Assembly: GCA_020049775.1 (NCBI GenBank)
Contig: JAGVLO010000004.1
Coordinates: 139,385-203,384, forward strand
From: Alphaproteobacteria bacterium
Lineage (GTDB): Bacteria > Pseudomonadota > Alphaproteobacteria > Rickettsiales > SXRF01
Length of the DNA: 64,000 nt
Reading direction: 5' to 3'
Below the pieces are notes generated by a model. It ran no database searches and was not told where the DNA came from. It was given only the letters and a program-made list of their open reading frames with translations. Below are positions 1 to 10,800 of this stretch, in pieces. Position 1 is the first letter of the stretch, and each line of letters opens with the position of its first letter. The position numbers and the translations under genes are program-made.

Positions 1-366
1 GCCGCTTATATACAGGTTGAATTTGTTGGCAAATACATTGACGCTGAACTCCATTTTTCCGTTCAGGGTTATGTCTTCTTCCCATGCGGGTATTTTCTGC
101 ATGCCCGCGCTGGCATCCAGTTGTTTCAGGAAGTCATCCACGCGGCCACTGAAGCGCGGGTTGATAATGGTCACGGTGATATCAGACGGATAGCCCGAAG
201 TTTTTATGCTGTCATAGGTGATGTAGGGGTGCTTGGCGTTGAGGCTGGCGATGCCGTCCGTCACGCTGGATTCCAGCGCACGTGACTGCATGTACCACGC
301 CACGCTGTATGAGCCGAAAACAATGACAGTAAATACCGACAGGCTCAGCAGGATCATCGTGCGCAT
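1..366 (-). CDS. Partial hypothetical exported or membrane-anchored protein (DUF2125-like N-terminus), runs off the window start
   Basis: Manual translation from the ATG at 366 gives MRTMILLSLSVFTVIVFGSYSVAWYMQ...SGYPSDITVTIINPRF. The frame is open to position 1, with an N-terminal TM segment and an SGYP motif. Confidence 0.6.
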   Translation of the reverse strand, partial: MRTMILLSLSVFTVIVFGSYSVAWYMQSRALESSVTDGIASLNAKHPYITYDSIKTSGYPSDITVTIINPRFSGRVDDFLKQLDASAGMQKIPAWEEDITLNGKMEFSVNVFANKFNLYISG

Positions 367-450
367 AGCAATTTCCCCTTAAACGACAATAGCTGATTAT
401 TGTTACAGGAAAAAATGCGTTAAAGACAAGAATAAAGGCCAGCTAATAAC

Positions 451-1314
451 TTATCGCCAGCCGGCAAGGTGTTTCTGGGTGTATTGCGCTATGTCGGCGT
501 TAATCAGCTCCAGCAATTGGCCTGCTGCGGCCTCGCTCGGCCAGTGTATGCCCTGCGGCTTGAGCGCGCCTACCGGCAGCACTTTCCACACCACGTTGGA
601 AATCATCACGGCGTCGGCGCGTGTCATCTGTCCGGCGGTGGCTTCTACTTCCTGCACCTTCCATGGCGACAGGCGCATGATTACGCTGCGCATAGAGCCA
701 TCCAGTACGCCGCAGGCGAGCGAGGGTGTATAGAGTATCTTGTCTTTCAGCCAGAACAGATTGCCCGAGCTGGTTTCACACAGATGCTTCTGTTCGTTAG
801 AAAGCAACGCGTCGGCACATTCGTTTTCTTTGGCTTCCATGCGTGCCAGCGTGGAGTTCAGCCCCTGGCACAATTTGAACTGCACAGGCAGGGATTTGGG
901 CGACGGTTTGGTATAGGTGGATTGCCACAGCGCCACCGGTTCGTTGCCAATAGCGGGCATGGCGCGCGTTTCCAGCACATAGCAGGGTCCGGCGTTAGGG
1001 GCTGTGCTGTCGGGCAGGTAGCCCTTGCTGCCGATGCCGCGCGTTACCTGAATCCGAACTATGCCGTCAGTCAGCTGATTGGCTGCGAGCAGTGTGCGGG
1101 TATGGTTTTTTAATATACTGGTATCAAAGGCGATTTTGATGGCGGCAAGGCCTTGCGCCATACGCTCTATATGCCATTCAAACTGGTAGGGTACGCCGTC
1201 ATGCACGGCAATGGTCTCGAATACGCCGTCGCCAAAGCGGAAGCCACGGTCAAGTATGGATACGGCGGCCAGCTCCTGCGCTATGCTGCGGCCGTTTACA
1301 ATTACATCTGCCAT
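451..1314 (-). CDS. pabC: Aminotransferase class IV, probable 4-amino-4-deoxychorismate lyase
   Basis: DRGFRFGDGVFET, ETSSGNLF and LDGSMR motifs; divergent from the folate genes. Confidence 0.8.
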   Translation of the reverse strand: MADVIVNGRSIAQELAAVSILDRGFRFGDGVFETIAVHDGVPYQFEWHIERMAQGLAAIKIAFDTSILKNHTRTLLAANQLTDGIVRIQVTRGIGSKGYLPDSTAPNAGPCYVLETRAMPAIGNEPVALWQSTYTKPSPKSLPVQFKLCQGLNSTLARMEAKENECADALLSNEQKHLCETSSGNLFWLKDKILYTPSLACGVLDGSMRSVIMRLSPWKVQEVEATAGQMTRADAVMISNVVWKVLPVGALKPQGIHWPSEAAAGQLLELINADIAQYTQKHLAGWR

Positions 1315-1413
1315 GGGTGATTTTGCTGCTTGTGTGATGGCTTTTTACGATAGTACATTACCTTCTTATAACAAGGCAACACAGTATGCCAACTGCTTAA
1401 ATATGAAAATACG

Positions 1414-1944
1414 ATGACGGAAGATGTGATATTAGGGCTGGGCAGTAATTATGGCGACCGCAGGGCGCACCTGCTGTTTGCGCTGTTGCGCCTGACGCAG
1501 GTACTTGGCGAGGTGCTGCCGTCGCGTGTGTATGAGTCGAAGGCGGTGCTGCCACCGGACGCGCCGCCGGAGTGGGATTTGCCATACCTGAACATGGCCG
1601 TGGGCGGCTATACGCATTTAAGCCCTGCCGAGCTGCTTGCCGAAATAAAACTGATAGAGCGCGACTTGGGGCGGCAGGTGCGCGGCTTCTGGGGGCCAAG
1701 GGAGATTGACATCGACATCCTCGCCTATGGTCAGGTGGTGATGGAAACGCCCGAGCTGACCATTCCCCACCCCGAACTACTCAAGCGCGACTTCGCACTG
1801 CTGCCGCTGGTGGATATCGATTCCGAATGGCGCTACCCCGCCGAAGGGACATATAAAGGCTGGAAAGCATCCGATATTGCGGCCGCGCAGGGATTCAAAG
1901 CTGGCGAACATCTCAAGGATACAGGAAGGCTGCTCGATGCCTAA
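1414..1944 (+). CDS. folK: 2-amino-4-hydroxy-6-hydroxymethyldihydropteridine diphosphokinase
   Basis: LGLGSN, WGPREIDIDIL and LTIPHPEL motifs. Confidence 0.95.
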   Translation: MTEDVILGLGSNYGDRRAHLLFALLRLTQVLGEVLPSRVYESKAVLPPDAPPEWDLPYLNMAVGGYTHLSPAELLAEIKLIERDLGRQVRGFWGPREIDIDILAYGQVVMETPELTIPHPELLKRDFALLPLVDIDSEWRYPAEGTYKGWKASDIAAAQGFKAGEHLKDTGRLLDA

Positions 1945-2734
1945 AACAAAACTGGTAGGCATATTGAATGTAACGCCGGATTCATTTTCCGACGGTGGCC
2001 GGAATTTTGCGCCGGATGCAGCGATTACCGCACTACAACGCATGATAGCTGACGGCGCGGACGTGATTGACATCGGCGCCGAATCTACGCGCCCGGGCGC
2101 AACGCCGCTAGATGCCGATGAAGAATGGGAGCGCCTCGCGCCAATCATGGCGCGGTTGCCGGAATTCATCAACCCCTACATCCGTTTCAGCATCGACACG
2201 CACCATGCGCAAACAGCGCAGAAAGCGCTGGAGGCAGGGGTACACATGGTCAATGACGTGTCGGGCTTTTCCAGTGTGGACATGATTAATGTCATGCTTG
2301 ATTCAAAATGCCAGCTGGTGGTGATGCATTCACTCAGCGTACCTGCCGACAAAAGCGAAGTGATGGACGAATCGCTGGATGTGGTCACCGAGCTGATGCA
2401 GGCGGCAGGCCAGCGCCTGCAATCGCTGGTGGAGGCGGGTATCAAACCGCAGCGTCTGGTATTCGACCCCGGGCTTGGTTTCGGCAAAACACCCATGCAA
2501 TCGCTGTCGATAGTAAAGCGCATCGGCGAGTTTCGCGAACTGGGCGTGCCACTTTATGTAGGGCATTCGCGCAAGTCGTTCCTGAAGCTGCTGGAAGATA
2601 ATTCATACATGAACCGCGACGAGGCGACGCTGGCCATCTCCCAGCACCTGATAGATCAAAATGTGGAATATATCCGCGTGCATGACGTGGCCGCACACCG
2701 CGAGCTGATGGTGCAAGCAAGGAAGCGCGCATGA
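1937..2734 (+). CDS. folP: Dihydropteroate synthase
   Basis: GILNVTPDSFSDGG, IGAESTRPGA, DPGLGFGK, SRKSF and RVHDV motifs; the ATG at 1937 overlaps the folK end. Confidence 0.95.
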   Translation: MPKTKLVGILNVTPDSFSDGGRNFAPDAAITALQRMIADGADVIDIGAESTRPGATPLDADEEWERLAPIMARLPEFINPYIRFSIDTHHAQTAQKALEAGVHMVNDVSGFSSVDMINVMLDSKCQLVVMHSLSVPADKSEVMDESLDVVTELMQAAGQRLQSLVEAGIKPQRLVFDPGLGFGKTPMQSLSIVKRIGEFRELGVPLYVGHSRKSFLKLLEDNSYMNRDEATLAISQHLIDQNVEYIRVHDVAAHRELMVQARKRA

Positions 2735-4020
2735 CCACCGACCCGATTGAAATATTCCTGAGTCGCTTGCAACACCCGCTGCTGGCAGGCATCGACATGT
2801 CGCTCGACCGCATGCACCGCTTGCTCGGCATGCTCGGCTCACCACACAAAAAAATGCCGCCGGTCATTCATGTGGCGGGAACAAACGGCAAAGGTTCACT
2901 GCTGGCGTACCTGCATTATATTTTCGAGGCGGCGGGTTACCGCGTACATCGTTACACCAGCCCGCATCTTGTCCAGTTCCGCGAGCGCATATTGCTTCAG
3001 GGCAAGCCGGTGGAAAACGCCTATCTTGAAAATATTGTAAAGCATCTTGCATCGGTGCTGGCCACCCAGCCCGCCACATTTTTTGAAGCGACCACGGTGC
3101 TGGCGTTCCTTGCCTTTGCTGAAAAACCCGCCGATCTGCTGTTGCTGGAAACGGGCATGGGCGGAAGGCTGGACGCCACCAACGTGATTGACAAACCGTT
3201 GCTTACCGCCATTACGCCCGTGTCGTTTGACCACTGCGAATATCTGGGTAATACGCTGAAAAATATTGCCGGAGAAAAAGCGGGTATCATTAAAAAGGCA
3301 GTGCCTTGTGTTATCGGCAGGCAGGACAATGAGGCGCTGATGGTATTGGAAGAAAAAGCACAAAGCCTGAATGCGCCGCTTTTCCGCCTCGGCCACGAGT
3401 TCCACGTCGAACGTAACGGCGGCACGGTAATGTACCGCTCGATAAAAAGGCATATCGAACTCAGGCCTTCGCTGGCGGGCGGCTTTCAATATGACAACGC
3501 GGCAACGGCTGTGGCGTGCATCGATAATATCAGCGGATTTAATGTCACCGACGAGCATATCATCGCAGGCCTTGCCGCTACCCAGTGGCCCGCGCGCCTG
3601 CAAAAGCTGGAAGGTCACGCCTATAACACGCTGTTGCCTGCGGATATGCCGCTTTATCTTGACGGTGGACACAACCCGCAAGGCGGTGAAATGCTGGCGG
3701 GCTGGTGTGCCGAGCAGGGCGCGGAAGTCTATCTAGTATGTGGCATGGTCAAGGGCAAGGACGCGAGCGCTTACCTCAAGCCACTGGCGTCACATGTAAA
3801 AGCGCTCTATGCCGTTACCATTCCCGGTGAATCCATGAGCCGCCCTGTAGCCGAGCTTCAGGCCGCTGCCAAAGGCGTGGGCATGGAGGCGGAGGCCGCG
3901 CCATCGGTTGAAATTGCGTTGCAAACCATTGCCCGCCGTGCCAAAACACCAGCCATTGTATGTATTTGCGGTTCGCTGTACCTTGCGGGCAAAGTGCTTG
4001 CCGTGCAGGAAGCTGCTTAA
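2731..4020 (+). CDS. folC: Bifunctional dihydrofolate/folylpolyglutamate synthase
   Basis: [35 protein letters not shown] and CGSLYLAG motifs. Confidence 0.95.
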   Translation: MTTDPIEIFLSRLQHPLLAGIDMSLDRMHRLLGMLGSPHKKMPPVIHVAGTNGKGSLLAYLHYIFEAAGYRVHRYTSPHLVQFRERILLQGKPVENAYLENIVKHLASVLATQPATFFEATTVLAFLAFAEKPADLLLLETGMGGRLDATNVIDKPLLTAITPVSFDHCEYLGNTLKNIAGEKAGIIKKAVPCVIGRQDNEALMVLEEKAQSLNAPLFRLGHEFHVERNGGTVMYRSIKRHIELRPSLAGGFQYDNAATAVACIDNISGFNVTDEHIIAGLAATQWPARLQKLEGHAYNTLLPADMPLYLDGGHNPQGGEMLAGWCAEQGAEVYLVCGMVKGKDASAYLKPLASHVKALYAVTIPGESMSRPVAELQAAAKGVGMEAEAAPSVEIALQTIARRAKTPAIVCICGSLYLAGKVLAVQEAA

Positions 4021-4037
4021 ACACTTTAGGAGAAACC

Positions 4038-4901
4038 ATGATGCCCTTGCAGAAACCACAAGCCGACAGTTTGCAATCCGTCATTGACCGCGCATGGGAA
4101 GACCGCCAGTCGCTTGGTGTTTCCACCACGGGCGAGGTGCGCGAGGCGGTGGATGATGTTTTGTCTGCGCTTGATAACGGATCGCTGCGCGTAGCAGAAA
4201 AAACGGGCAAAGACTGGCAGGTCAACCAGTGGGTGAAAAAAGCCGTGCTGCTTTCCTTCCGCTTAAATGACATGGATTTGATTGATAGCGGCGCTGTGTT
4301 TGGCGCTACCGGCAACGCCATGTGGTATGACAAAGTTCCCTCCAAATTCGCGGGCTGGGACATCATGCGCTTCAAGCAGGCGGGCTTCCGTGCCGTACCG
4401 GGCGCGATTGTGCGCCGTTCGGCCTATATCGCCAAAGACGTGGTGCTGATGCCGAGCTTTGTGAATGTCGGCGCTTATGTCGGCGAAGGCACGATGGTGG
4501 ACACATGGGCAACTGTTGGCAGCTGCGCGCAGATTGGCAAACATTGCCACATCTCCGGCGGCACGGGCATCGGCGGTGTGCTTGAACCATTGCAGGCTGG
4601 CCCTGTTATCATTGAAGATAATTGCTTCATCGGCGCGCGCAGCGAAATCGCCGAAGGCGTGGTGGTGGAAGAAGGCTCGGTGATTTCCATGGGTGTGTTC
4701 ATCGGCGCATCGACCAAAATTGTTGACCGCGAAAGCGGGCAGGTAACCTATGGCCGCGTGCCAGCATACTCCGTGGTAGTGCCGGGAACGCTTCCGGGCA
4801 AAACACCGGATGCGCCATCGCTTTACTGCGCGGTGATTGTAAAGCGCGTGGACGAAAAAACCCGTTCCAAGACCAGCATCAACGAACTGCTGCGCAGCTA
4901 G
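4038..4901 (+). CDS. dapD: Tetrahydrodipicolinate N-succinyltransferase
   Basis: [34 protein letters not shown] and KTSINELLR motifs; AGGAGA RBS at 4028-4033 before the ATG at 4038. Confidence 0.97.
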   Translation: MMPLQKPQADSLQSVIDRAWEDRQSLGVSTTGEVREAVDDVLSALDNGSLRVAEKTGKDWQVNQWVKKAVLLSFRLNDMDLIDSGAVFGATGNAMWYDKVPSKFAGWDIMRFKQAGFRAVPGAIVRRSAYIAKDVVLMPSFVNVGAYVGEGTMVDTWATVGSCAQIGKHCHISGGTGIGGVLEPLQAGPVIIEDNCFIGARSEIAEGVVVEEGSVISMGVFIGASTKIVDRESGQVTYGRVPAYSVVVPGTLPGKTPDAPSLYCAVIVKRVDEKTRSKTSINELLRS

Positions 4902-5668
4902 TAATCCACACCTACTAAATACAACCCGTCCGGTGGTGCAGTTGGGCCTGACTTAGTGCGGTCGGCGGCCTTAAGCGCTGTCAGCACATCATCCTTGCTC
5001 CATTTGCCTTTGCCTGCCATGGCGATTGTGCCGACCATGATGCGTACCTGATGGTGCAGGAACGAGCGCGCCGAAGTGGTGATACGCACCTCCTCGCCGA
5101 TACGCTGCACGTCGAACTGCTCAAGCGTTTTCATCGGTGATTTTGCTTGGCAAGCAGTGTCGCGGAAGCTGGTGAAGTCATGATGCCCGAGCAATTGCTG
5201 CCCCGCTTCATGCATTATCTTTTCGTCCAGCGGCTCAACCACGTGCCATGCGCGTCCTGCTTCCAATCCCAGCCGTGCGCGGCGGTTGAGGATGCGGTAA
5301 ATATAGCGGCGTTTGCTTGCGGAAAAGCGGGCGTGGAATTCATCGCTTACTTTTTCAGCATTGAGTACGGCAATACGGTTGCCGCAATCGCCCTCGGTTT
5401 CGTTGCCATCGGGATTGAATAGGTAGAAATTGATGCCTTGCATCACGCGGAAGGGATCAAAATCCTTGGGTATATCGATATGCGCAATTTGCGCTGTGGC
5501 GTGTACGCCTGCATCGGTTCGGCCAGCACCGACCACTTCAGCTTCGCTGCCGCAGAATTTGAAAACGGCTTCTGCCAGCGAGGACTGCACGCTGATGCGG
5601 TCAGTCTGCTTTTGCCAGCCGGCATACGGCGTGCCGTCATATTCAATGGTGAGTTTATAACGTGGCAT
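4898..5668 (-). CDS. truA: tRNA pseudouridine(38-40) synthase
   Basis: [26 protein letters not shown] and SFLHHQVR motifs. Confidence 0.97.
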   Translation of the reverse strand: MPRYKLTIEYDGTPYAGWQKQTDRISVQSSLAEAVFKFCGSEAEVVGAGRTDAGVHATAQIAHIDIPKDFDPFRVMQGINFYLFNPDGNETEGDCGNRIAVLNAEKVSDEFHARFSASKRRYIYRILNRRARLGLEAGRAWHVVEPLDEKIMHEAGQQLLGHHDFTSFRDTACQAKSPMKTLEQFDVQRIGEEVRITTSARSFLHHQVRIMVGTIAMAGKGKWSKDDVLTALKAADRTKSGPTAPPDGLYLVGVDY

Positions 5669-5670
5669 GA

Positions 5671-6591
5671 CTATTCCAGCACGGCGCCCATAGGGATGGC
5701 AAAGCCGTGCAGCAATTCTTCGGCGCTCATACGCTTTTTGCCCGGCCGCTGCAAAGTGTTCAGCCGTAATATGCCAGAGCCGCAGGCAACGCCGAGGCGG
5801 TTATCCACCACTGTGCCGGGTGAGGCGCTGATATCGGCTTTTTCCGGTGTTGCATGATATAGCTTTATAGCTTCACCATGATAGTAAAACACGGCGCCTG
5901 GCACAGGGCTTACGGCAAGTATATGCTGGTAGAGTTGCTGCGCGGTCATGGCCCAGTTGAGACGCAAATTTTCCTTGGCGATTTTTTTTGCGTAGGTCAC
6001 GCCATCGGCAGGCTGTTTAACAGGCTTGATACTTTTATTCTCAAGGCCGGACAGGGTAGAAACTACCATTGGGCCTGCTTCTTTAGCCAGCATATCGTGC
6101 AGTGTGCCGACATTGGTGTTCTCGTTTACGGGGTAGCGCTTCACCATCAGCATGTCGCCGGTGTCCATACCCTCGTCCATCTGCATGATAACGATGCCTG
6201 TCTCGCGGTCACCAGCCATGATGGTGCGCTGTAACGGAGCAGCACCGCGCCAACGCGGAAGCAGTGAGGGATGCACGTTGATGCAGCCCAGTGGATATGC
6301 ACCCAGAATTGTTTTTGGCAGCAACAGTCCATATGCCACCACTACGGCAACATCGGCGTTATGTGATGCGAACTGTGACTGCACATCAGGCATTTTCAAG
6401 CTGGTGGGGGTATGCACGGGCCATTTATGCTGTATGGCAAATATATGTACAGGCGATGCAATTTCCTTCTGCCCGCGGCCCGCCGGACGCGGCGGTTGAG
6501 AATATACCGCAACGATTTCGTGGCCAGCTTCATGCAGCGCCGCGAGTGTCGGCACGGCAAAGGCCGGTGTTCCCATGAAAACAATGCGCAT
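5671..6591 (-). CDS. fmt: Methionyl-tRNA formyltransferase
   Basis: FMGTPAFA and INVHPSLLPRWRGAAP motifs; follows def. Confidence 0.97.
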   Translation of the reverse strand: MRIVFMGTPAFAVPTLAALHEAGHEIVAVYSQPPRPAGRGQKEIASPVHIFAIQHKWPVHTPTSLKMPDVQSQFASHNADVAVVVAYGLLLPKTILGAYPLGCINVHPSLLPRWRGAAPLQRTIMAGDRETGIVIMQMDEGMDTGDMLMVKRYPVNENTNVGTLHDMLAKEAGPMVVSTLSGLENKSIKPVKQPADGVTYAKKIAKENLRLNWAMTAQQLYQHILAVSPVPGAVFYYHGEAIKLYHATPEKADISASPGTVVDNRLGVACGSGILRLNTLQRPGKKRMSAEELLHGFAIPMGAVLE

Positions 6592-6593
6592 GG

Positions 6594-7208
6594 TTATAAA
6601 TTATGATCGTGGTTGCAGTTTTCGTCATGTACATGTCCATGATCGTGGTCGTGATCATGGTTGCAGTCAGGACCGTGTACATGCGGTTCGAAATAGCCTG
6701 CTTTTTTGAGCTTTTTGAGCTTGCGTAAAATCATGTCACGCTTGAGCGACGAAATATGGTCAACGAATACCACGCCATTCAGGTGGTCGATTTCGTGTTG
6801 CACGCAGGTAGCGATCAGTCCGGTGAAGGTTTCCTCCTGTTGCCTGCCCTCTAAATCAAGGTAGCGCACGCGCACGGTTTCCGGACGCACAACATCGGCG
6901 AACTGGTCAGGGAAGGAAAGGCAGCCTTCCTTGTAGCTGTTGAGTTTTTCGTTCCCCTGTACGATTTCGGGGTTGATGATAACATATTGCTTTCCGGGGC
7001 CGCCGTCGTCGCGCCATGTTACGTCAGCTATCAGAAGGCGCTTGAGTACGCCTACCTGTACCGCCGCAAGGCCGATACCTTTTTCATGGTACATGGTGTC
7101 AAACATATCGGCAGCCAGCGTGCGGATGGCATCATCCACCTGCGCAACCGGTTCTGATTTGGTTTTGAGTCTGGGATCGGGAGCGATCACCAAGGGTAAT
7201 ATTGCCAT
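6594..7208 (-). CDS. def: Peptide deformylase with His/Cys-rich C-terminal tail
   Basis: GIGLAAVQ, EGCLS and QHEIDHLNG motifs. Confidence 0.97.
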   Translation of the reverse strand: MAILPLVIAPDPRLKTKSEPVAQVDDAIRTLAADMFDTMYHEKGIGLAAVQVGVLKRLLIADVTWRDDGGPGKQYVIINPEIVQGNEKLNSYKEGCLSFPDQFADVVRPETVRVRYLDLEGRQQEETFTGLIATCVQHEIDHLNGVVFVDHISSLKRDMILRKLKKLKKAGYFEPHVHGPDCNHDHDHDHGHVHDENCNHDHNL

Positions 7209-7248
7209 AGCATAAAAACCTTAAATTACTGATTACTATACCAAAACT

Positions 7249-8628
7249 TTAGCATACGTCTTTCAGGCGGCCAAGTGTTTCCTCTTTTCCAAGGATTTCC
7301 ATGACTTCGAACACGCCAGGCGATACGGTTTTACCAGAAAGTGCGGCCCTTAGCGGCTGGGCGATGCCTCCAAGTTTCTGTCCTGTTGACTCAGCCACTT
7401 CGCGGCAGATCTGCTCTATAGCGGCGTGGTTGAAGTCTGCTTGCGTTTCCAGCTTGGGCAGCAGAGTACGTATAATTTCGCGGCCGCCCTTTTCCAGCAG
7501 GTCTTTTGCTTTGGGGTCGAATACCAGCGGGCGCTTGGCAACGTAGAAGGCAGCACTTTCCGTAAGCTCCACCAGCGTTTTGGCGCGGGCCTTCAGCCCG
7601 TCCATGCCCTTGAGCAGACGCGCCTTGCCAGCGTCATCTACATGGCCGAGTTGCGGCAGAATCAGTTCCACGAGGCGTTTGTTATCCGCTTCGCGCATGT
7701 AATGGCCGTTCAGGTTTTCCAGCTTGGTGAAGTCAAAGCGCGAAGGTGATTTACCTACGGCATCAAGCCCGAACCATTCAATGGCCTGCTGGGTGGAGAT
7801 GGTTTCATCGTCGCCGTGCGACCAGCCGAGGCGCAGCAGGTAGTTGCGCAGCGCTTCCGGCAAGTAGCCCATTTTTTCATATTCCTGCACACCGAGCGCA
7901 CCGTGGCGCTTGGAAAGTTTGGCGCCGTCCGGCCCGTTTATCATTGGCACATGCGCAAATTTCGGCGCTCTCCAGCCCATCGCATTATAAATCGTCAGCT
8001 GGCGGAACGTGTTGGTGAAATGGTCGTCGCCGCGAATAACATCGGTAACTCCCATGTCATGATCGTCCACCACCACGGCAAGCATGTAGGTGGGCGTGCC
8101 GTCGGCGCGTAGCAGCACCATGTCGTCCAGCTCGCTGGCACTGACGGTGGCCTCGTCCTTGACCATGTCATGGACTGTAATAGAGCCTTCCAGCGGGGCT
8201 TTGATGCGGATAACCGGTTTGCCGTCTGCGGGCGGTGTGCCGCCGTCGCGCCCATCTTTATCTCTCCAGGGGCTGCGGAATTTGGCGTTCGGGTTTTTGG
8301 TGCGGAATTCATCCAGCTCGGCCTGCGTGGTATAGCATTTATAGGCCTTGCCCTGCGTGACCAGTTCATGCGCTACTTCGGCATGGCGCGCGGCGCGGGC
8401 GAACTGGTAAATCGGCTCGCCTTCCCAGTCCAGCCCCAGCCAGCCCATACCCTGAATGATGGCATCAATGGCGGCCTGCGTGGAACGCTGGCGGTCGGTA
8501 TCTTCAATACGCAGCAGGAACTTGCCGTTATGGTGTTTGGCATACAGCCAGTTGAACAGGGCCGTGCGCGCGCCGCCGATATGGAGGAAGCCAGTGGGGG
8601 ATGGGGCGAATCTGGTTATGACAGTCAT
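7249..8628 (-). CDS. gltX: Glutamate--tRNA ligase
   Basis: [14 protein letters not shown] and KLSKRHGA motifs. Confidence 0.97.
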   Translation of the reverse strand: MTVITRFAPSPTGFLHIGGARTALFNWLYAKHHNGKFLLRIEDTDRQRSTQAAIDAIIQGMGWLGLDWEGEPIYQFARAARHAEVAHELVTQGKAYKCYTTQAELDEFRTKNPNAKFRSPWRDKDGRDGGTPPADGKPVIRIKAPLEGSITVHDMVKDEATVSASELDDMVLLRADGTPTYMLAVVVDDHDMGVTDVIRGDDHFTNTFRQLTIYNAMGWRAPKFAHVPMINGPDGAKLSKRHGALGVQEYEKMGYLPEALRNYLLRLGWSHGDDETISTQQAIEWFGLDAVGKSPSRFDFTKLENLNGHYMREADNKRLVELILPQLGHVDDAGKARLLKGMDGLKARAKTLVELTESAAFYVAKRPLVFDPKAKDLLEKGGREIIRTLLPKLETQADFNHAAIEQICREVAESTGQKLGGIAQPLRAALSGKTVSPGVFEVMEILGKEETLGRLKDVC

Positions 8629-8679
8629 AATTTTTGTGCTAAGCCTTAATGGTTTTCACGTTTTATATAGGTTTTAACG

Positions 8680-10800
8680 TTGGAATTGCAAAAGAAATCG
8701 GCAGAAATCCTGAACAACGTGCTGTCCGCAGAGCGCGACCGGCTGGTGCTGTGGACGCCTGTGCTGTTGGCTTGCGGCATAGGGCTTTATTTTATCTTGT
8801 TATTTGAGCCTCCATGGTGGGCAGCGGTGGCTGCTTTTGTTGCAACTGCTGGGCTGGCATGGGCAGGGCGAGGGCGCTACGGCCTGAAAATCGCCCTGAT
8901 AGCGCTGGCGCTGGTGGCGGCGGGGTTTATGACTGCCAGTTTACGCACTCAGATGGTGGCTGCACCCGCCCTTTACAGCACACTTTATTACCGCACCGTG
9001 CAAGGCACGATTGACGATATTCAGGCCAAGGAAGAGGGCGGGAAACTTATCCTCAGCGACATATTAATCGAGCGCATCTCGTCGCGATCTATGCCGCTGC
9101 GCGCCAGCATTTCGCTGAAAGAATACCCCAAAGACCTGAAGGTTGGTGACCGTGTGGAGGTAAAGGCCATACTTTTCCCTCCGCCGACACCTTCTATGCC
9201 GGATGCGTATGACTTTGCCCGCCAGTATTATTTCGACCAGATAGGCGCCGTCGGTTTTGCGCCCAAGCAGCCCATGTTGCTGGAGCAGGGCGCACCAAAA
9301 CATTTTGACATGCTGCTGACAGCGCTGCGGCTTTCGCTCAATGGGCGCATAGTATCGGCCATGTCGCCCGAGGGCGGCCCTGTGGCAGCGGCGCTGATGG
9401 TGGGGGAAATGTCGGCGGTGTCCACCGAAGTGCGCGACGCCATGCGCGATTCCGGCATCTATCATGTGCTGTCCATCTCCGGCCTGCATATGTCGCTGGC
9501 GGCTGGCCTATTGTTTTTCTCTGTGCGTTTGCTGCTCAGTCTTTATCCGGCGTGGGCGCTGCGCCTGCCGGTGAAAAAAATAGCGGCGGTGCTGGGTTTG
9601 CTTGGTTCTTTCATTTACCTGCTGCTGGCGGGGTATCCTGTGCCTGCCGTGCGCTCGTTTGTGATGGTGGCGTGCGTGATGCTGGCTATCTGCTTTGACA
9701 GGCGCGGCATCAGCCTTTATTCGCTCGCATGGGCGGCCATACTCATCTTGTTTTTCCAACCCGAGGCGTTGCTGGGCGCAAGCTTCCAGCTATCCTTCGC
9801 GGCGACATTGGCCATGCTTGCTTTATATGAGCGCTATTCACACCACCTGCACCCGCAGGGGCGCGGGCTGACGCATCTGGTATGGATTTACATGCTTGGG
9901 CTGATGGCAACATCGCTGGTGGCATCTATTGCTACTGCGCCGCTGGTGATTTACCATTTCAACCGCTTCACCATCTGGGGCATCGCCGCCAACATGCTGC
10001 TGATGCCGCTGGTGTCGTTCTGGATTATGCCGCTGGCCATACTTGCCTTCCTGCTTATGCCGTTTGGTGCGGAAGCTTTTGCGCTTGAGTGGCTGGATAT
10101 GGGCATCGGCTGGATGCTTTCCGGCGCGCGCTGGTTTGCCAGCTTGCCCTATGCGGCTATCCCTGTGCCGCCGCTTACATTCGGAGGCTTGCTGCTGGCG
10201 GTGGCGGGCGGGGTATGGCTATGCCTGATGTCTGGCCGCTGGCGGCTGGCGGGTATAGCGGGCGTGGCTCTGGGCATGGGTAGCATCGTGCTGCACCAGC
10301 CCTATGACCTGCTGGTCAGTGACGACGGCAAACAGGTGGCGCTGCGCACGGAAGATGGCAGCTTTCTGTTCCTCAAAGGCAAGCCGGACAATTATGACGG
10401 ACAGGTCTGGCTGCGCTATCACGGTCAGCAGGATGCCATAAAACTGGCTGATTTATCACCCGCCGCCGGGCATGAATGTGAACAGGGTTGGTGCTATTTC
10501 AACAGTCACGGGCGCACCATTGCGCTGGCCATGGAAAAAGAGGCTTCCGACCATTTTTGCTACATAAAAGCAGATATTGTTATTTCCGATGATTACCTTG
10601 ATAAGCAACCATGCGTGCCTTTTGCGCCGCTGGTGGCAGACCGTAAGTTTTTGCTGCGTAACGGAGCAATGGGCATACGGTTTGATGCGCAGGGCGTGGA
10701 CGTGACTACATCGGGCGCGCGCAGTGAAAAGCGCCCGTGGAGCGCGCAGGCGCATTACGAGCTTTACCATTACCGTAGTCCGGCTATAAGTGAAGAATGA
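8680..10800 (+). CDS. comEC: ComEC/Rec2 competence membrane protein
   Basis: SGIYHVLSISGLHM and SFQLSF motifs, many TM segments, TTG start. Confidence 0.92.
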   Translation: MELQKKSAEILNNVLSAERDRLVLWTPVLLACGIGLYFILLFEPPWWAAVAAFVATAGLAWAGRGRYGLKIALIALALVAAGFMTASLRTQMVAAPALYSTLYYRTVQGTIDDIQAKEEGGKLILSDILIERISSRSMPLRASISLKEYPKDLKVGDRVEVKAILFPPPTPSMPDAYDFARQYYFDQIGAVGFAPKQPMLLEQGAPKHFDMLLTALRLSLNGRIVSAMSPEGGPVAAALMVGEMSAVSTEVRDAMRDSGIYHVLSISGLHMSLAAGLLFFSVRLLLSLYPAWALRLPVKKIAAVLGLLGSFIYLLLAGYPVPAVRSFVMVACVMLAICFDRRGISLYSLAWAAILILFFQPEALLGASFQLSFAATLAMLALYERYSHHLHPQGRGLTHLVWIYMLGLMATSLVASIATAPLVIYHFNRFTIWGIAANMLLMPLVSFWIMPLAILAFLLMPFGAEAFALEWLDMGIGWMLSGARWFASLPYAAIPVPPLTFGGLLLAVAGGVWLCLMSGRWRLAGIAGVALGMGSIVLHQPYDLLVSDDGKQVALRTEDGSFLFLKGKPDNYDGQVWLRYHGQQDAIKLADLSPAAGHECEQGWCYFNSHGRTIALAMEKEASDHFCYIKADIVISDDYLDKQPCVPFAPLVADRKFLLRNGAMGIRFDAQGVDVTTSGARSEKRPWSAQAHYELYHYRSPAISEE

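Noticed and set aside
8680-10800. ComEC lacking a clear metallo-beta-lactamase domain
   Set aside because: This is a common architecture in alphaproteobacteria
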